Shown here: positions 40,292 to 49,211 of the stretch, in pieces
Layout of the letters: each line of letters begins with the position of its first letter
How positions within the stretch are numbered: position 1 is the first letter of the stretch
Assembly: GCA_049282095.1 (NCBI GenBank)
Contig: JBAPTI010000035.1
Location: 11,927-75,926 of the forward strand
Length of the DNA stretch: 64,000 nt
Reading direction: 5' to 3'
Source: Chthoniobacterales bacterium
GTDB taxonomy: Bacteria; Verrucomicrobiota; Verrucomicrobiia; Chthoniobacterales; UBA6821
Notes under the pieces: generated by a model
What the model saw: the letters and a program-made list of their open reading frames with translations, nothing else
Told to the model about the DNA's origin: nothing
Databases searched by the model: none
Translations under genes and position numbers: made by a program

Positions 40292-41068
40292 ATGAGCAAC
40301 GGACCCCTCGCAGGTAAAGTCGGCGTCGTTTTCGGCGTCGCCAACAAACGCAGCATCGCATGGGCAATCGCCAAGGCTTGGAAACAGGCCGGCGCCACCC
40401 TCCTCTTCAACTATCAGGGGGAGCGCCTCAAGGAGAACGTCGAGGAACTTGTGGCCGAGTTCGGTGCCGACACCTTCCTTCAGCCCTGCGACGTTGCCAA
40501 TGACGCCGAGATCGCTTCTTTCTTCGGCAAGGTTCGCGAGGTCACTCCGAAGCTCGACCTCATGCTCCACTCTGTCGCCTTTGCCCCGAAGGAAGCCCTG
40601 GAAGGTGATTTCCTCTCTACCAGTCGCGAGGCCTACCGTGTCGCCCACGACATCAGCGCCTACTCGCTCGTCGCCCTCTCCCGCGAAGCCGCGCCGATGA
40701 TGACCGACGGCGGCAGCATCGTCGCCATGAGCTACTATGGCGCCGCCAAGGTCGTCCCCCACTACAATGTAATGGGCGTCGCGAAGGCTTCGCTTGAAGC
40801 CAGTACCCGCTACCTGGCCTACGATCTGGGAGCGAAGAATATCCGCGTGAACTGCATCAGCGCCGGCCCCGTCCAGACGCTTGCCGCCCGAGGCATCTCC
40901 GGATTCGGTGCCATGATCAAGCACTACGAGGAGCACGCCCCGCTCAAGCGCAGCTGCACCACGGACGAGCTCGGCCACACCGGCGTCTTCCTCGCCAGCA
41001 ACGGCGGCAGCGGCATCACCGGTCAAGTGATCTACGTCGACGGCGGCTACGAGATCATGGGGATGTAG
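40292..41068 (+). CDS. fabI: enoyl-[acyl-carrier-protein] reductase (NADH)
   Basis: GVANKRSIAWAIA, SYYGAAKVVPHYNVMGVAKASLE (Tyr/Lys catalytic pair); 258 aa. Confidence 0.9.
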   Translation: MSNGPLAGKVGVVFGVANKRSIAWAIAKAWKQAGATLLFNYQGERLKENVEELVAEFGADTFLQPCDVANDAEIASFFGKVREVTPKLDLMLHSVAFAPKEALEGDFLSTSREAYRVAHDISAYSLVALSREAAPMMTDGGSIVAMSYYGAAKVVPHYNVMGVAKASLEASTRYLAYDLGAKNIRVNCISAGPVQTLAARGISGFGAMIKHYEEHAPLKRSCTTDELGHTGVFLASNGGSGITGQVIYVDGGYEIMGM

Positions 41069-41088
41069 GTTTGAAAAACCTGAAGGCT

Positions 41089-41178
41089 GAACCAAGTCGC
41101 CGGGAAGCGACGCGGAAGACTGCCGAAGGCAGCCCGTCAGCGGTGGCACGGCTTGCCGGGAGGCAAGTGCCATCAACG
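41089..41178 (+). repeat. hairpin-module repeat, locus 3 (single unit, flanked by AAACCTGAA direct repeats)
   Basis: GAACCAAG, TCGCC-GGGA-AGCGA, CGCGGAAGA, CTGCC-GAA-GGCAG, GGCA-CGG-CTTGCC-GGGA-GGCAAG-TGCC, ATCAACG. AAACCTGAA at 41076-41084 and 41182-41190. Confidence 0.75.
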
Positions 41179-42639
41179 TTGAAACCTGAAAAGAAACAGA
41201 AGGGATCCAATAAACGTATTCCCTCCTCACCTCTTCAGGTTTCACGCTTCAAATCTTATCCTTCTCTCGAGCGGGATCTCCGCAAGCTGATCCCCCTCGC
41301 CTCGGGGCTCATCACCGATCCCGCGCGCCTCGCCGAACTGGGGAAGGACAAGTGGTTCGCCGCCTCCCTTCCCGAGATCGCGGTCGCTCCCGGATCCGCC
41401 AAGGAGGTCGCCGCCGTGCTCGGCTATGCCGATCGGCACAACATCCCCGTCACCACCCGGGGCGCCGGCCACGGCTACGTCGGGGGTTGCGTCCCCGTCC
41501 GCGGTGGCATCCTGATGAGCATGCACCGGATGAACCGCATCCGCGAGATCAGCTGTGACGACTTCGTCGCCGTGGTGGAGCCGGCCATCATCACGGGCGT
41601 GCTTCAGACGGAGGTTGTCAAAAAAGGGCTCTTCTACCCGCCCGATCCGCAGAGCTACAAGGACTGCTCCCTCGGGGGGAACATCGCCACCAATGCCGGC
41701 GGCCCTCGTTGCCTGAAATACGGAGTCACCCGCCCCTATGTCCTCGGCCTCCAGGTAGCACTGGCCGACGGCACCCTTGTCCGCGTCGGTGGACGCACCC
41801 ATAAGAACAAGACCGGCTTCGATCTCGTCGGGATGTTCGTCGGTTCCGAAGGAATGCTCGGCGTCATCACCGAAGCGACCCTGCGACTCCTCCCTCTCCC
41901 CCCCGCCCGCGTCACCCTTTCCGCCGGATTCGGATCGATGCGCGATGCCGCCGCCGCCGTGCAGGCGATCTTCAAGGCCGGATACCTCCCCTGTGCCGTG
42001 GAAGTTGCGGACAGTTTCACGCTTCAGTCAGCCAGGGATGCCCACAAGGAGGTGAAGGGAACCTTCATTCCGCCCGGTAAGGCTCATCTGCTTGTCGAGA
42101 TTGATGGCCAGAAGGCTAGCGTCCTGAGCGAAGGAAAGGCCCTCAAGGCCCTCCTCGCCAAGAACAAGGCCCTCGAGGTCGAGCTGGCCACCTCACCCGA
42201 GCGTTGCGACCGGATGTGGGCCCTGCGCCGCGCCTTCTCGGCATCGCTGAAGGCCACCGGCCTCACCAAGCTCAACGAGGATATTGCCGTCCCACGCGGC
42301 CGACTCGTCGACCTTATTGCCTTCGCGGAGAAACTGCAGAAAAAGACTGGCTTCCCGATCGCCTGCTTCGGTCACGCCGGGGATGGCAACATCCATGTGA
42401 ATGTCATGGTCTCCAAGGAACAGCAGGCCAAGCGTCCCAAGGAGATCGAGGGGGTTCTCGATGCGCTCTTCTCGCAGGTCATCAGGTGGGGCGGAGCGAT
42501 TACCGGCGAGCACGGCATCGGCCTCGCCAAGAAACGCTGGTGGAACGCCGCCACGACTCCGGAACTCCGCAACCTGCACATGCGGATCAAATCCGCCGTC
42601 GATCCAAAGGATATCCTGAATCCCGGAAAGTTCGTATGA
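41179..42639 (+). CDS. FAD-binding oxidase (glycolate oxidase GlcD / D-lactate dehydrogenase family)
   Basis: VTTRGAGHGYVGG, CSLGGNIATNAGGPRCLKYG, C-terminal GEHGIGLAK. Start uncertain: the track TTG 41071 would translate the repeat unit; TTG 41179 is the first start after it. Confidence 0.8.
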   Translation: MKPEKKQKGSNKRIPSSPLQVSRFKSYPSLERDLRKLIPLASGLITDPARLAELGKDKWFAASLPEIAVAPGSAKEVAAVLGYADRHNIPVTTRGAGHGYVGGCVPVRGGILMSMHRMNRIREISCDDFVAVVEPAIITGVLQTEVVKKGLFYPPDPQSYKDCSLGGNIATNAGGPRCLKYGVTRPYVLGLQVALADGTLVRVGGRTHKNKTGFDLVGMFVGSEGMLGVITEATLRLLPLPPARVTLSAGFGSMRDAAAAVQAIFKAGYLPCAVEVADSFTLQSARDAHKEVKGTFIPPGKAHLLVEIDGQKASVLSEGKALKALLAKNKALEVELATSPERCDRMWALRRAFSASLKATGLTKLNEDIAVPRGRLVDLIAFAEKLQKKTGFPIACFGHAGDGNIHVNVMVSKEQQAKRPKEIEGVLDALFSQVIRWGGAITGEHGIGLAKKRWWNAATTPELRNLHMRIKSAVDPKDILNPGKFV

Positions 42640-42828
42640 GGGAAGGCTTGCTCTTTTCGCGAGGGGCGGCGTTGCCCTTCGCTTGCCGTAGGTTTTGCTA
42701 CGGCTGCCGCTCGGGCGCCTGGCCCCTCATCGAAAATACCGGCGCCTGCAAGAATAGACTTTGTAGCTGAAGACTTTTAGGTCTGGAAACCACATGCGCC
42801 GATTACTCACCAGAGGCTTGGCAGTTTG

Positions 42829-43015
42829 GATGCCGCGCTAGGCGCGCGAGGGTGGGCGTAGAAAAGGCGTGTGGGAACGCGGCTTTGCTTCTCCTTCGTC
42901 GATGTCATTCGAGGAATAGGCTGAGAAGTCCTTGGATCAGCAGATCCAAAGATGCCTGATCGGGGAAGATCGGCAGACAAAACTACTGCGAGCGAGCGGC
43001 AACAACGCGCGGCGC
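42829..43015. repeat. GATGCCGCGCTAGGCG...GCAACAACGCGCGGCGC repeat, long copy
   Basis: Same termini as 21044-21113, with additional internal sequence. Confidence 0.7.
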
Positions 43016-43042
43016 CAAAATCCCAAGCCTTTAAGCGGTTGA

Positions 43043-43540
43043 TTATTGAACTTTCAAAAGTTCAATATCAAACACGAGCGTCGCGTCTGGAGGTATGACT
43101 CCACCCGCGCCGCGCGATCCGTAGGCAAGATTCGACGGGATGAAGAGCTGGATCTTGCCTCCTTCCTTCATGAGTTGGACACCCTCGGTCCAACCGGGAA
43201 TGACGCCGTTGAGAGGGAAGGAGATCGGCTCGTTGCGCTTGTAGGAGCTGTCAAACTCAACGCCGTCAATCGTGGTGCCGCGGTAGTGGACGAGGACGGT
43301 ATCGGTGGCAGCAGGGCTCTTGCCGGTTCCCTCGGTGATGACCTTGTACTGGAGGCCGCTGGGGGTGGTCTTGACGCCGGATTGGGTGGCGTTTTGCTTC
43401 AGGAAGGCCTGACCGATGGCAAGATTGCCGGAGGGATTTGATTGGGACATGGGAGTGCTGTTGGTGGCTTGGGACTGATGGGAACAACCGAGGGTGAGGA
43501 ATGCCAGGGCAATGGCCGAGGCGGAATTTTTGAGATTCAT
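43043..43540 (-). CDS. FKBP-type peptidyl-prolyl cis-trans isomerase, lipoprotein
   Basis: Lipobox FLTLGC; FKBP core VHYRGTTIDGVEFDSS, GVIPGWTEG, LVFDIELL. Confidence 0.85.
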   Translation of the reverse strand: MNLKNSASAIALAFLTLGCSHQSQATNSTPMSQSNPSGNLAIGQAFLKQNATQSGVKTTPSGLQYKVITEGTGKSPAATDTVLVHYRGTTIDGVEFDSSYKRNEPISFPLNGVIPGWTEGVQLMKEGGKIQLFIPSNLAYGSRGAGGVIPPDATLVFDIELLKVQ

Positions 43541-43554
43541 GCGGATTGCTCCCC

Positions 43555-44802
43555 TTATCCCTCGAAGGAGCGGATGACGACGGAGGAATTGTGACCGCCG
43601 AACCCGAAGGAGTTGCTGAGAGCGACCTTGATCTTGGCCTCACGCGCCGTGTGCGGAACGTAGTCGAGGTCGCACTCGGGATCCGGGTTGTCAAGATTGA
43701 TGGTCGGAGGGATGATCCCGTCTCGCATGGCGAGGGCGCAGGCTGCGAGTTCGATGCCGCCGGCGGCACCCAGCAGGTGGCCGGTCATCGACTTGGTGGA
43801 GCTGATGGGAACCTTGTAGGCTGCATCCCCGAAGGCATCCTTGATCGCCTTGGTCTCGCAGATGTCACCGATCGGGGTGGAGGTGCCGTGGGCGTTGATA
43901 TAATCCACCTCGGCTGGGGTGACCTTGGCGTGCTTCATCGCGATCTGCATGCAACGGCTGGCACCTTCGCCCTCGGGACGCGGAGCGGTCATGTGGTAGG
44001 CATCCGCCGTGGCTCCGTAACCGACCAGTTCGCAATAGATACGAGCGCCTCGCTTCTTCGCGTGCTCAAGTTCCTCAAGGACGACAATACCGGCGCCCTC
44101 ACCCATGACGAATCCGTCACGGTCCTTGTCGAACGGGCGTGATGCCTTCTGAGGTTCGTCGTTGCGCGTGCTGAGTGCCCTCATGCAGGAGAATCCGGCC
44201 ACACCAAGCGGCGTGATGGTCGCCTCGGCACCACCGGCTATGAAGGCGTCGGCATCGCCGAACTTGATGATGCGCCAGGCCTCGCCGATGGAGTTGTTGG
44301 CAGTGGCGCAGGCGGTGACGATCGCCATGTTCGGCCCGCTCAGGCCATACTCCATGGAGATCAGGCCGCTCGCCATGTTGCTGATGATCATCGGGATGGT
44401 GAACGGGGAGAGCTTGGTGGGGCCCTTCTCGATCAGCTTGCGCGCCTCATTCTCCAGGCTCTGAAAACCTCCAATGCCGCTTCCCACGATGACCCCGAAC
44501 CTCTCCCTCTCGGTTGTTTCAGGATCCAGACCTGCATCGTCGAGGGCAAGTTTGGCTCCTGCCATGGCAAACTGGGCAAAGCGGTCGGCGCGACGGGCAT
44601 CCTTAGGAGTCTTGAACCACTGGGCCCCCTCGAAGCCCTTCACCTCGCCCGCGATGAGGCAATCGAATCCCACCGGGTCGAATGCCTGGTATTGGGAAAT
44701 GCCCGATGTGCCTGCCGTCAGGTTTTTCCAGAAGGTAGCTAGATCAGAACCAACAGGACTGATGACTCCGATACCGGTGATGACAACTCTGCGTTCGCTC
44801 AT
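43555..44802 (-). CDS. fabF: 3-oxoacyl-[ACP] synthase II
   Basis: Active-site Cys [30 protein letters not shown]; 415 aa. Confidence 0.95.
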   Translation of the reverse strand: MSERRVVITGIGVISPVGSDLATFWKNLTAGTSGISQYQAFDPVGFDCLIAGEVKGFEGAQWFKTPKDARRADRFAQFAMAGAKLALDDAGLDPETTERERFGVIVGSGIGGFQSLENEARKLIEKGPTKLSPFTIPMIISNMASGLISMEYGLSGPNMAIVTACATANNSIGEAWRIIKFGDADAFIAGGAEATITPLGVAGFSCMRALSTRNDEPQKASRPFDKDRDGFVMGEGAGIVVLEELEHAKKRGARIYCELVGYGATADAYHMTAPRPEGEGASRCMQIAMKHAKVTPAEVDYINAHGTSTPIGDICETKAIKDAFGDAAYKVPISSTKSMTGHLLGAAGGIELAACALAMRDGIIPPTINLDNPDPECDLDYVPHTAREAKIKVALSNSFGFGGHNSSVVIRSFEG

Positions 44803-45079
44803 AGAAAGAAGGGTGGGCCGAAAATGACGTCCGGAAAGTCAACCGAACGGAAGCCTCCTTGGCAACAATTGAAAAAAGGATGAGGGATGAATTATGAGGG
44901 ATCAAAAGGATATGATAGCGTTAAAAAGTTAAAGGCTTGAAAGGTTTCCCGATCGTTGGCCGCCTCTTACCTTGTCTGCATTGAAGGGTGCAGGAGCCTT
45001 GCGATTCAATACCTACCCGCCCTCGATAAGCGGTAACTTGCGCCTTGCGAAACGGGCGTATCGGATGTCTCTTTGATCC

Positions 45080-45493
45080 ATGGACACTCCTCCTCCCCTG
45101 AACCGCCCGGAAAACTCCCAACCGACCATCGAGATGGTTCCAGCCTCTTCCTCGGAATCGGCCCGTTCATGGTGCATCGGACTCCATCTCTCGGGCCTCT
45201 CGGGACTGATCCTGAGCTTCGCCTTGGCGCATATCGTGGTACCGCTGGTGATCTGGGTCGTGAAGAGAGCCGATAGCCCGGAGATCGATGCCACAGGCAA
45301 GGAGGTGCTTAATTTCCAGATCTCCTACACAATCTACAGCATCATTGCGGGAGCTCTCTGCTTCGTGCTGATCGGCTTCCTGATCCTGCCAATCGTGCTT
45401 ATTGTCTGGCTCGCCTGCATCATCATCGCCGCCGTGAAGACCAGCAACGGCGAGAGCTACCGCTACCCCTACACGATCAGGTTCCTGAAGTAA
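45080..45493 (+). CDS. DUF4870-like small membrane protein
   Basis: Three hydrophobic segments and the KEVLNFQISYTIY block that I associate with DUF4870. Confidence 0.6.
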   Translation: MDTPPPLNRPENSQPTIEMVPASSSESARSWCIGLHLSGLSGLILSFALAHIVVPLVIWVVKRADSPEIDATGKEVLNFQISYTIYSIIAGALCFVLIGFLILPIVLIVWLACIIIAAVKTSNGESYRYPYTIRFLK

Positions 45494-45654
45494 TTGGAAG
45501 CTGGGAGCTTGGAGTTGGAAGCTGGGTATTTGTAACTACTGCCTCCGCCAAATCTCCAAACTCCTATCCTCCAACTCCCGGATTAGCCTTATGGGTCAAG
45601 GTTGTTAGGCTTTCCGTCTTTTAGGCTGTTGGGTTGGGTTTTTTGGATGCCGCA

Positions 45655-45698
45655 TCCAACAGTCCAACAGTCCAACAGTCCAACAGTCCAACAGTCCA
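45655..45698. repeat. tandem octamer array (TCCAACAG)x5 + partial
   Basis: Five perfect TCCAACAG units at 45655-45694 plus TCCA. One base different from the 34150 array unit. Confidence 0.95.
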
Positions 45699-45705
45699 TT
45701 CAGGT

Positions 45706-45799
45706 TTGACGGCACTTGCCTCCCGGCAAGCCGTGCCGCCCTTTTAGGGCTGTTCGCTGCGCTCACAGTCTACCGCGCCCGAACCCTCGGGCTTGGTTC
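45706..45799 (-). repeat. hairpin-module repeat, locus 4 (single unit, minus strand)
   Basis: The reverse complement reads GAACCAAG, CCCGA-GGGT-TCGGG, CGCGGTAGA, CTGT..ACAG, CCC-TAAAA-GGG, GGCA-CGG-CTTGCC-GGGA-GGCAAG-TGCC, GTCAAAC. TTCAGGTTT direct repeats at 45699-45707 and 45797-45805. Confidence 0.75.
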
Positions 45800-45867
45800 A
45801 GGTTTCTTTCCCCGTTTTTATTCACCCTTGCGCATTTATTTGGGCTGCTCCAAATTAAAACCTGACA

Positions 45868-46223
45868 GGGGGCGTACTGGTTTCGACTCGAAGCTCATTG
45901 CGCGTTCTGCATGCCGAGGATGATTCGTTGGCCTCGTAAAAAATCGGATCAAACAAACAAACGCAGATTACGAAGATCTAGCTCTCGCGGCCTAAAGTCC
46001 GCGACGCTGACACACCGACGCCTGCTAGGTGTGAAGGCGACGACAGCAGGCTGATTCCTTGGCGGATTGACCGCGCCGGGGAGTGACTCGATTCCGTGGT
46101 CGATCGGGGGAAAGCAGCGCGCCGCACCGTGGCCGACCCCTTAAATCCCAAGTGCGGTCAAGCATGTGGACGGACGCCTAGTGCGGTTCGGGGACAGGGG
46201 TTCGACTCCCCTCGCCTCCACCA
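45868..46223 (+). ncRNA. ssrA: transfer-messenger RNA (tmRNA)
   Basis: 5' GGGGGCG pairs with 3' CGCCTCC, including the G3:U pair, followed by ACCA. T-arm GGGGTTCGACTCCCC. Internal tag frame GCA GAT TAC GAA GAT CTA GCT CTC GCG GCC TAA (45963-45995) encodes ADYEDLALAA. Confidence 0.85.
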
Positions 46224-46235
46224 TTTTCAACGATG

Positions 46236-46260
46236 CCCCCCTCAGGGGGAGTCTCCTTTT
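46236..46260 (+). terminator. possible intrinsic terminator after ssrA
   Basis: CCCCC-TCA-GGGGG short hairpin followed by AGTCTCCTTTT. The stem is short and the loop tight. Confidence 0.3.
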
Positions 46261-46291
46261 CCGATATACATTTCATGCGGCCTGAACCTAA

Positions 46292-46828
46292 ATGGGTGAC
46301 ATGAACGGATTACTCCGAACCCTTTGTCTCGCGACCATCCCCCTTGCGATCATACTCTGCGGGTGTGCATCGCAGGAGCAGAAAAACCCTGCTGATCCGT
46401 TGGCGCAGGTCAGACTCGGGGACAAGTACACGAAGGGCACATGGACCATCACTAAAAATGACGAGACCGCAGCCGGATGGTACCGCAAAGCAGCCCTTCA
46501 AGGTGATGCCGAGGGGCAATACCATCTGGCACTCTGCTACGACAGGGGACTGGGCGTCCCCAAGGACTCCAAGCTGGCGCTCGAGTGGTACCACAAGGCA
46601 GCCCGTCAGGGGAACGCGGCCGCCCAATACGAACTGGGCACATGCTACAGGCTTGCCAAGGGAGTCGCCCTAGATCTCTGCAAGGCATACATGTGGTTCA
46701 ATCTGGCCGCGGCATCGGGCAGTGAGAATGCCGGGGAAGCAAGGGAAGCCGTGGCTCACCGAATGACGGCGGAGCAGATCCGTAAAGCGGAACTCATGAG
46801 CCGCGAAGTATGGGAGCACTCCCGGTGA
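46292..46828 (+). CDS. Sel1-repeat lipoprotein
   Basis: Lipobox AIILCGC. Three to four Sel1 units (AAGWYRKAALQGDAEGQYHLALCYDRGLGV, ALEWYHKAARQGNAAAQYELGTCY). Confidence 0.75.
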   Translation: MGDMNGLLRTLCLATIPLAIILCGCASQEQKNPADPLAQVRLGDKYTKGTWTITKNDETAAGWYRKAALQGDAEGQYHLALCYDRGLGVPKDSKLALEWYHKAARQGNAAAQYELGTCYRLAKGVALDLCKAYMWFNLAAASGSENAGEAREAVAHRMTAEQIRKAELMSREVWEHSR

Positions 46829-47064
46829 TGAAAACGTTAAAAATGTTAGAACCTTAAAGAGTTACAATTTGGCTGAGGGCAATGTTGATAACGGCACCTT
46901 GCGCCCCAAATGTGTGGCGGCTTTCGCGTTGTGAGTTCCCGGGGACCGGTTCGAACCCTCTTAACCTTCCTACATTTTTAACCTGCTTGCCGCGCACCAT
47001 CTTGGTGAACGCTCTGGATCTGATGGAATGCTTCCATGCGAAATCTGGATTCAATCTTCTCTTC

Positions 47065-47092
47065 TTGACACCCTCCCGTTTCCCGATAAGTT
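47065..47092 (+). promoter_or_regulatory. possible sigma-70-type promoter for rplI-dnaB
   Basis: TTGACA at 47065-47070, 16-nt spacer, TAAGTT at 47087-47092, ~40 nt upstream of the rplI ATG. The -10 is weak and the consensus for this lineage is not known to me. Confidence 0.25.
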
Positions 47093-47132
47093 CTCACCTC
47101 CCGCCACATCACACCAACCGGGATTCTCTTTT

Positions 47133-47669
47133 ATGGCCACTTCCGAAGTCATCCTCACCGAAGCCGTTCCCTCCCTGGGAGCCGAAGCAGATATCGTCAA
47201 AGTCCGTGCCGGCTACGCACGCAATTTCCTGATCCCAGGCGGCAAGGCCCTCGAGGTCACTCCCGCTTCACTCCGCAAGATCAATAACCTCAAGGCCAAG
47301 CGCGCCGAGCGCGAGGCACGCGAACTGAACGCCGCCGAGGCCGTCGCCACCAAGATCAACAAGCTCCGCCTGAGCCTGAAGCTCGAGACCGGCGAAACCG
47401 GCAAGGCGTTCGGATCGATCACCGCCTCCGACCTGCTCGAGCGCCTCGCCGCCGAGATCAAGGACCTCGTCCTTCCCAAGCACGCCATCGTGCTGGACCG
47501 CCCCCTCAAGGAGAGCGGAGAGCACCAGATCCCCGTCAAGATCCACTCAGACGTGACGGCCACCCTCCGCATCGAGATCGCCGCCACGCCGAAATTCGAG
47601 CAGGCCGCCGACGAGGAAGAGGGTGCCCGCAAGCCCCGCCGCAAGTCTGCGGAGACGGCAGAGGCGTAA
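47133..47669 (+). CDS. rplI: 50S ribosomal protein L9
   Basis: MATSEVILTEAVPSLGAEADIVKVRAGYARNFLIP. ATG at 47133 preferred over track start 47028. Charged C-terminal extension. Confidence 0.9.
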   Translation: MATSEVILTEAVPSLGAEADIVKVRAGYARNFLIPGGKALEVTPASLRKINNLKAKRAEREARELNAAEAVATKINKLRLSLKLETGETGKAFGSITASDLLERLAAEIKDLVLPKHAIVLDRPLKESGEHQIPVKIHSDVTATLRIEIAATPKFEQAADEEEGARKPRRKSAETAEA

Positions 47670-47681
47670 TTCCTTCCGCGC

Positions 47682-49169
47682 ATGGCCGAAAGTCCCCAGG
47701 ACGGCCCTGCAGAGGTTCCAGCACCGGCCTCCGTCGCCGGCAACGCACCGCGGAGAAGCTCCGCGGGCGTCAACTCCGGTTTCTCAGGAGGCCAGCGCCT
47801 TCCCGAAACACACCGACCCCTGCCTGCCAGCCTCGACGCCGAGCAGGGAGTCCTCTCCTCGATCCTTCTCTCCCCTCGGGAGACAATGATCACGACGACA
47901 GAGAAGGGAATCACCCCGGAGCATTTTCACCATCCCGCCCACGGCACGATCTACGGGGTTCTTGAAGAACTCTCGAAGACCAACAGCCCGATCGATCTGA
48001 TCACGGTTACACAGGCGATCTCGGACCGGAACCTGCTCGATCAGATCGGAGGCCCCTCGATCCTGGCCCATCTCCAGACCTTCCTTCCGACCGCCACCAA
48101 CGCGGACTACTACATCGACATCATCAGGGAGAAGCATCTCCTTCGACGAATGATCTCCGTCTGCACCTCCTCGGCCGCGAGATGCTACGATGAGCAGGGT
48201 GACGTGAAGGCCCTCATCGACGACGTGGAGAAGCAGGTCTTCACCGTGGCGGAGGACCGCGTGCGCGGCGACCTGCCCGAGATCAAGGACCATGTGAACG
48301 CGGCGCTCGACGCGATCGAACAGCTCTATAAGAACAGGGGCCAGGTGACCGGCGTCCCGACCGGTTACAAGGAGCTCGACAACATGACCAACGGCCTCCA
48401 TCCGAGCGAAATGATCGTGATCGCGGCCCGCCCCTCAATGGGAAAGACCGCCCTGGCCATGAACATCGCGGAACATGTCGCCGTGGACAAGCAGATCCCC
48501 GTCGGAGTCTTCAGCCTCGAAATGAGTTCCCAGCAGCTGGCGACGCGTCTTCTCTGCTCCCGCGCCAGGGTGAACCTGCACCATATCCGCAACGGGATCA
48601 TGCCCAAGAATGCCCAGCAGAATCTCTTCAAGGCGGTGAACGAGTACAGCGCCAGCAAGATGATCATCGACGACACGGCGGGCCTCAGCATCAACGAACT
48701 GCGGGCCAAGTCGCGCCGCATGATGGACAAGAGCGGCCTTGGACTGATCGTCATCGACTACCTCCAGTTGCTCAAATCCCCCTCCAAGCGCGGACAGGAG
48801 AACCGCCAGATCGAGATCGCCGAGATCTCCAACGGCATCAAGGCGCTGGCCAAGGAGCTCAACATCCCGATCATCGTCCTCGCCCAGCTCAACCGTAAAT
48901 CCGAGGACCGCGGTGACGGAAAGCCACGCATCTCCGATCTTCGTGAGTCGGGTTCCATCGAGCAGGATGCCGATGTCGTGGGCCTGCTCTACCGCTCCGC
49001 TTACTACGCCAAGGATGCCGATGACCGGGACGAGAAGGGAGGGGAAGCCGAACTCATCATCGCCAAGCAGCGTAACGGCCCGACCGGCGAAGTCCCCCTC
49101 ACCTTCCTCAACGAGTTCACGCGCTTCGAGAGCCGCGATCTCGCGCACGGCGAATCGGAAGGGAGTTAG
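47682..49169 (+). CDS. dnaB: replicative DNA helicase
   Basis: Walker A ARPSMGKTALA, IVIDYLQLL, ELNIPIIVLAQLNR; ~50-aa low-complexity N-terminal extension. Confidence 0.95.
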   Translation: MAESPQDGPAEVPAPASVAGNAPRRSSAGVNSGFSGGQRLPETHRPLPASLDAEQGVLSSILLSPRETMITTTEKGITPEHFHHPAHGTIYGVLEELSKTNSPIDLITVTQAISDRNLLDQIGGPSILAHLQTFLPTATNADYYIDIIREKHLLRRMISVCTSSAARCYDEQGDVKALIDDVEKQVFTVAEDRVRGDLPEIKDHVNAALDAIEQLYKNRGQVTGVPTGYKELDNMTNGLHPSEMIVIAARPSMGKTALAMNIAEHVAVDKQIPVGVFSLEMSSQQLATRLLCSRARVNLHHIRNGIMPKNAQQNLFKAVNEYSASKMIIDDTAGLSINELRAKSRRMMDKSGLGLIVIDYLQLLKSPSKRGQENRQIEIAEISNGIKALAKELNIPIIVLAQLNRKSEDRGDGKPRISDLRESGSIEQDADVVGLLYRSAYYAKDADDRDEKGGEAELIIAKQRNGPTGEVPLTFLNEFTRFESRDLAHGESEGS

Positions 49170-49211
49170 AGCGGCTTTGGTTTTATTTGACGCATGGACA
49201 AGGGAAGAAGT

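Noticed and set aside
41071-41178. N-terminal 36 residues of the longest glcD-family ORF
   Set aside because: This stretch is the hairpin-module repeat unit, which is intergenic at the other loci. The encoded peptide has no counterpart in GlcD as I recall it. The start was moved to the first start codon after the unit, with low certainty.
42665-42740. Partial third full-length MITE copy
   Set aside because: Only short core-like strings match (GCGGCGTTGC, CGCTCGGGCG). No terminal inverted repeats or TA flanks are present. Too degenerate to call as an element; mentioned only as a possible relative.
46931-46970. tRNA gene suggested by GGTTCGAACC
   Set aside because: The motif is a self-complementary decamer without a T-loop or flanking T-stem. 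No acceptor or anticodon arms can be drawn on either strand. It is reported instead as a weak ssrA 3'-end look-alike.
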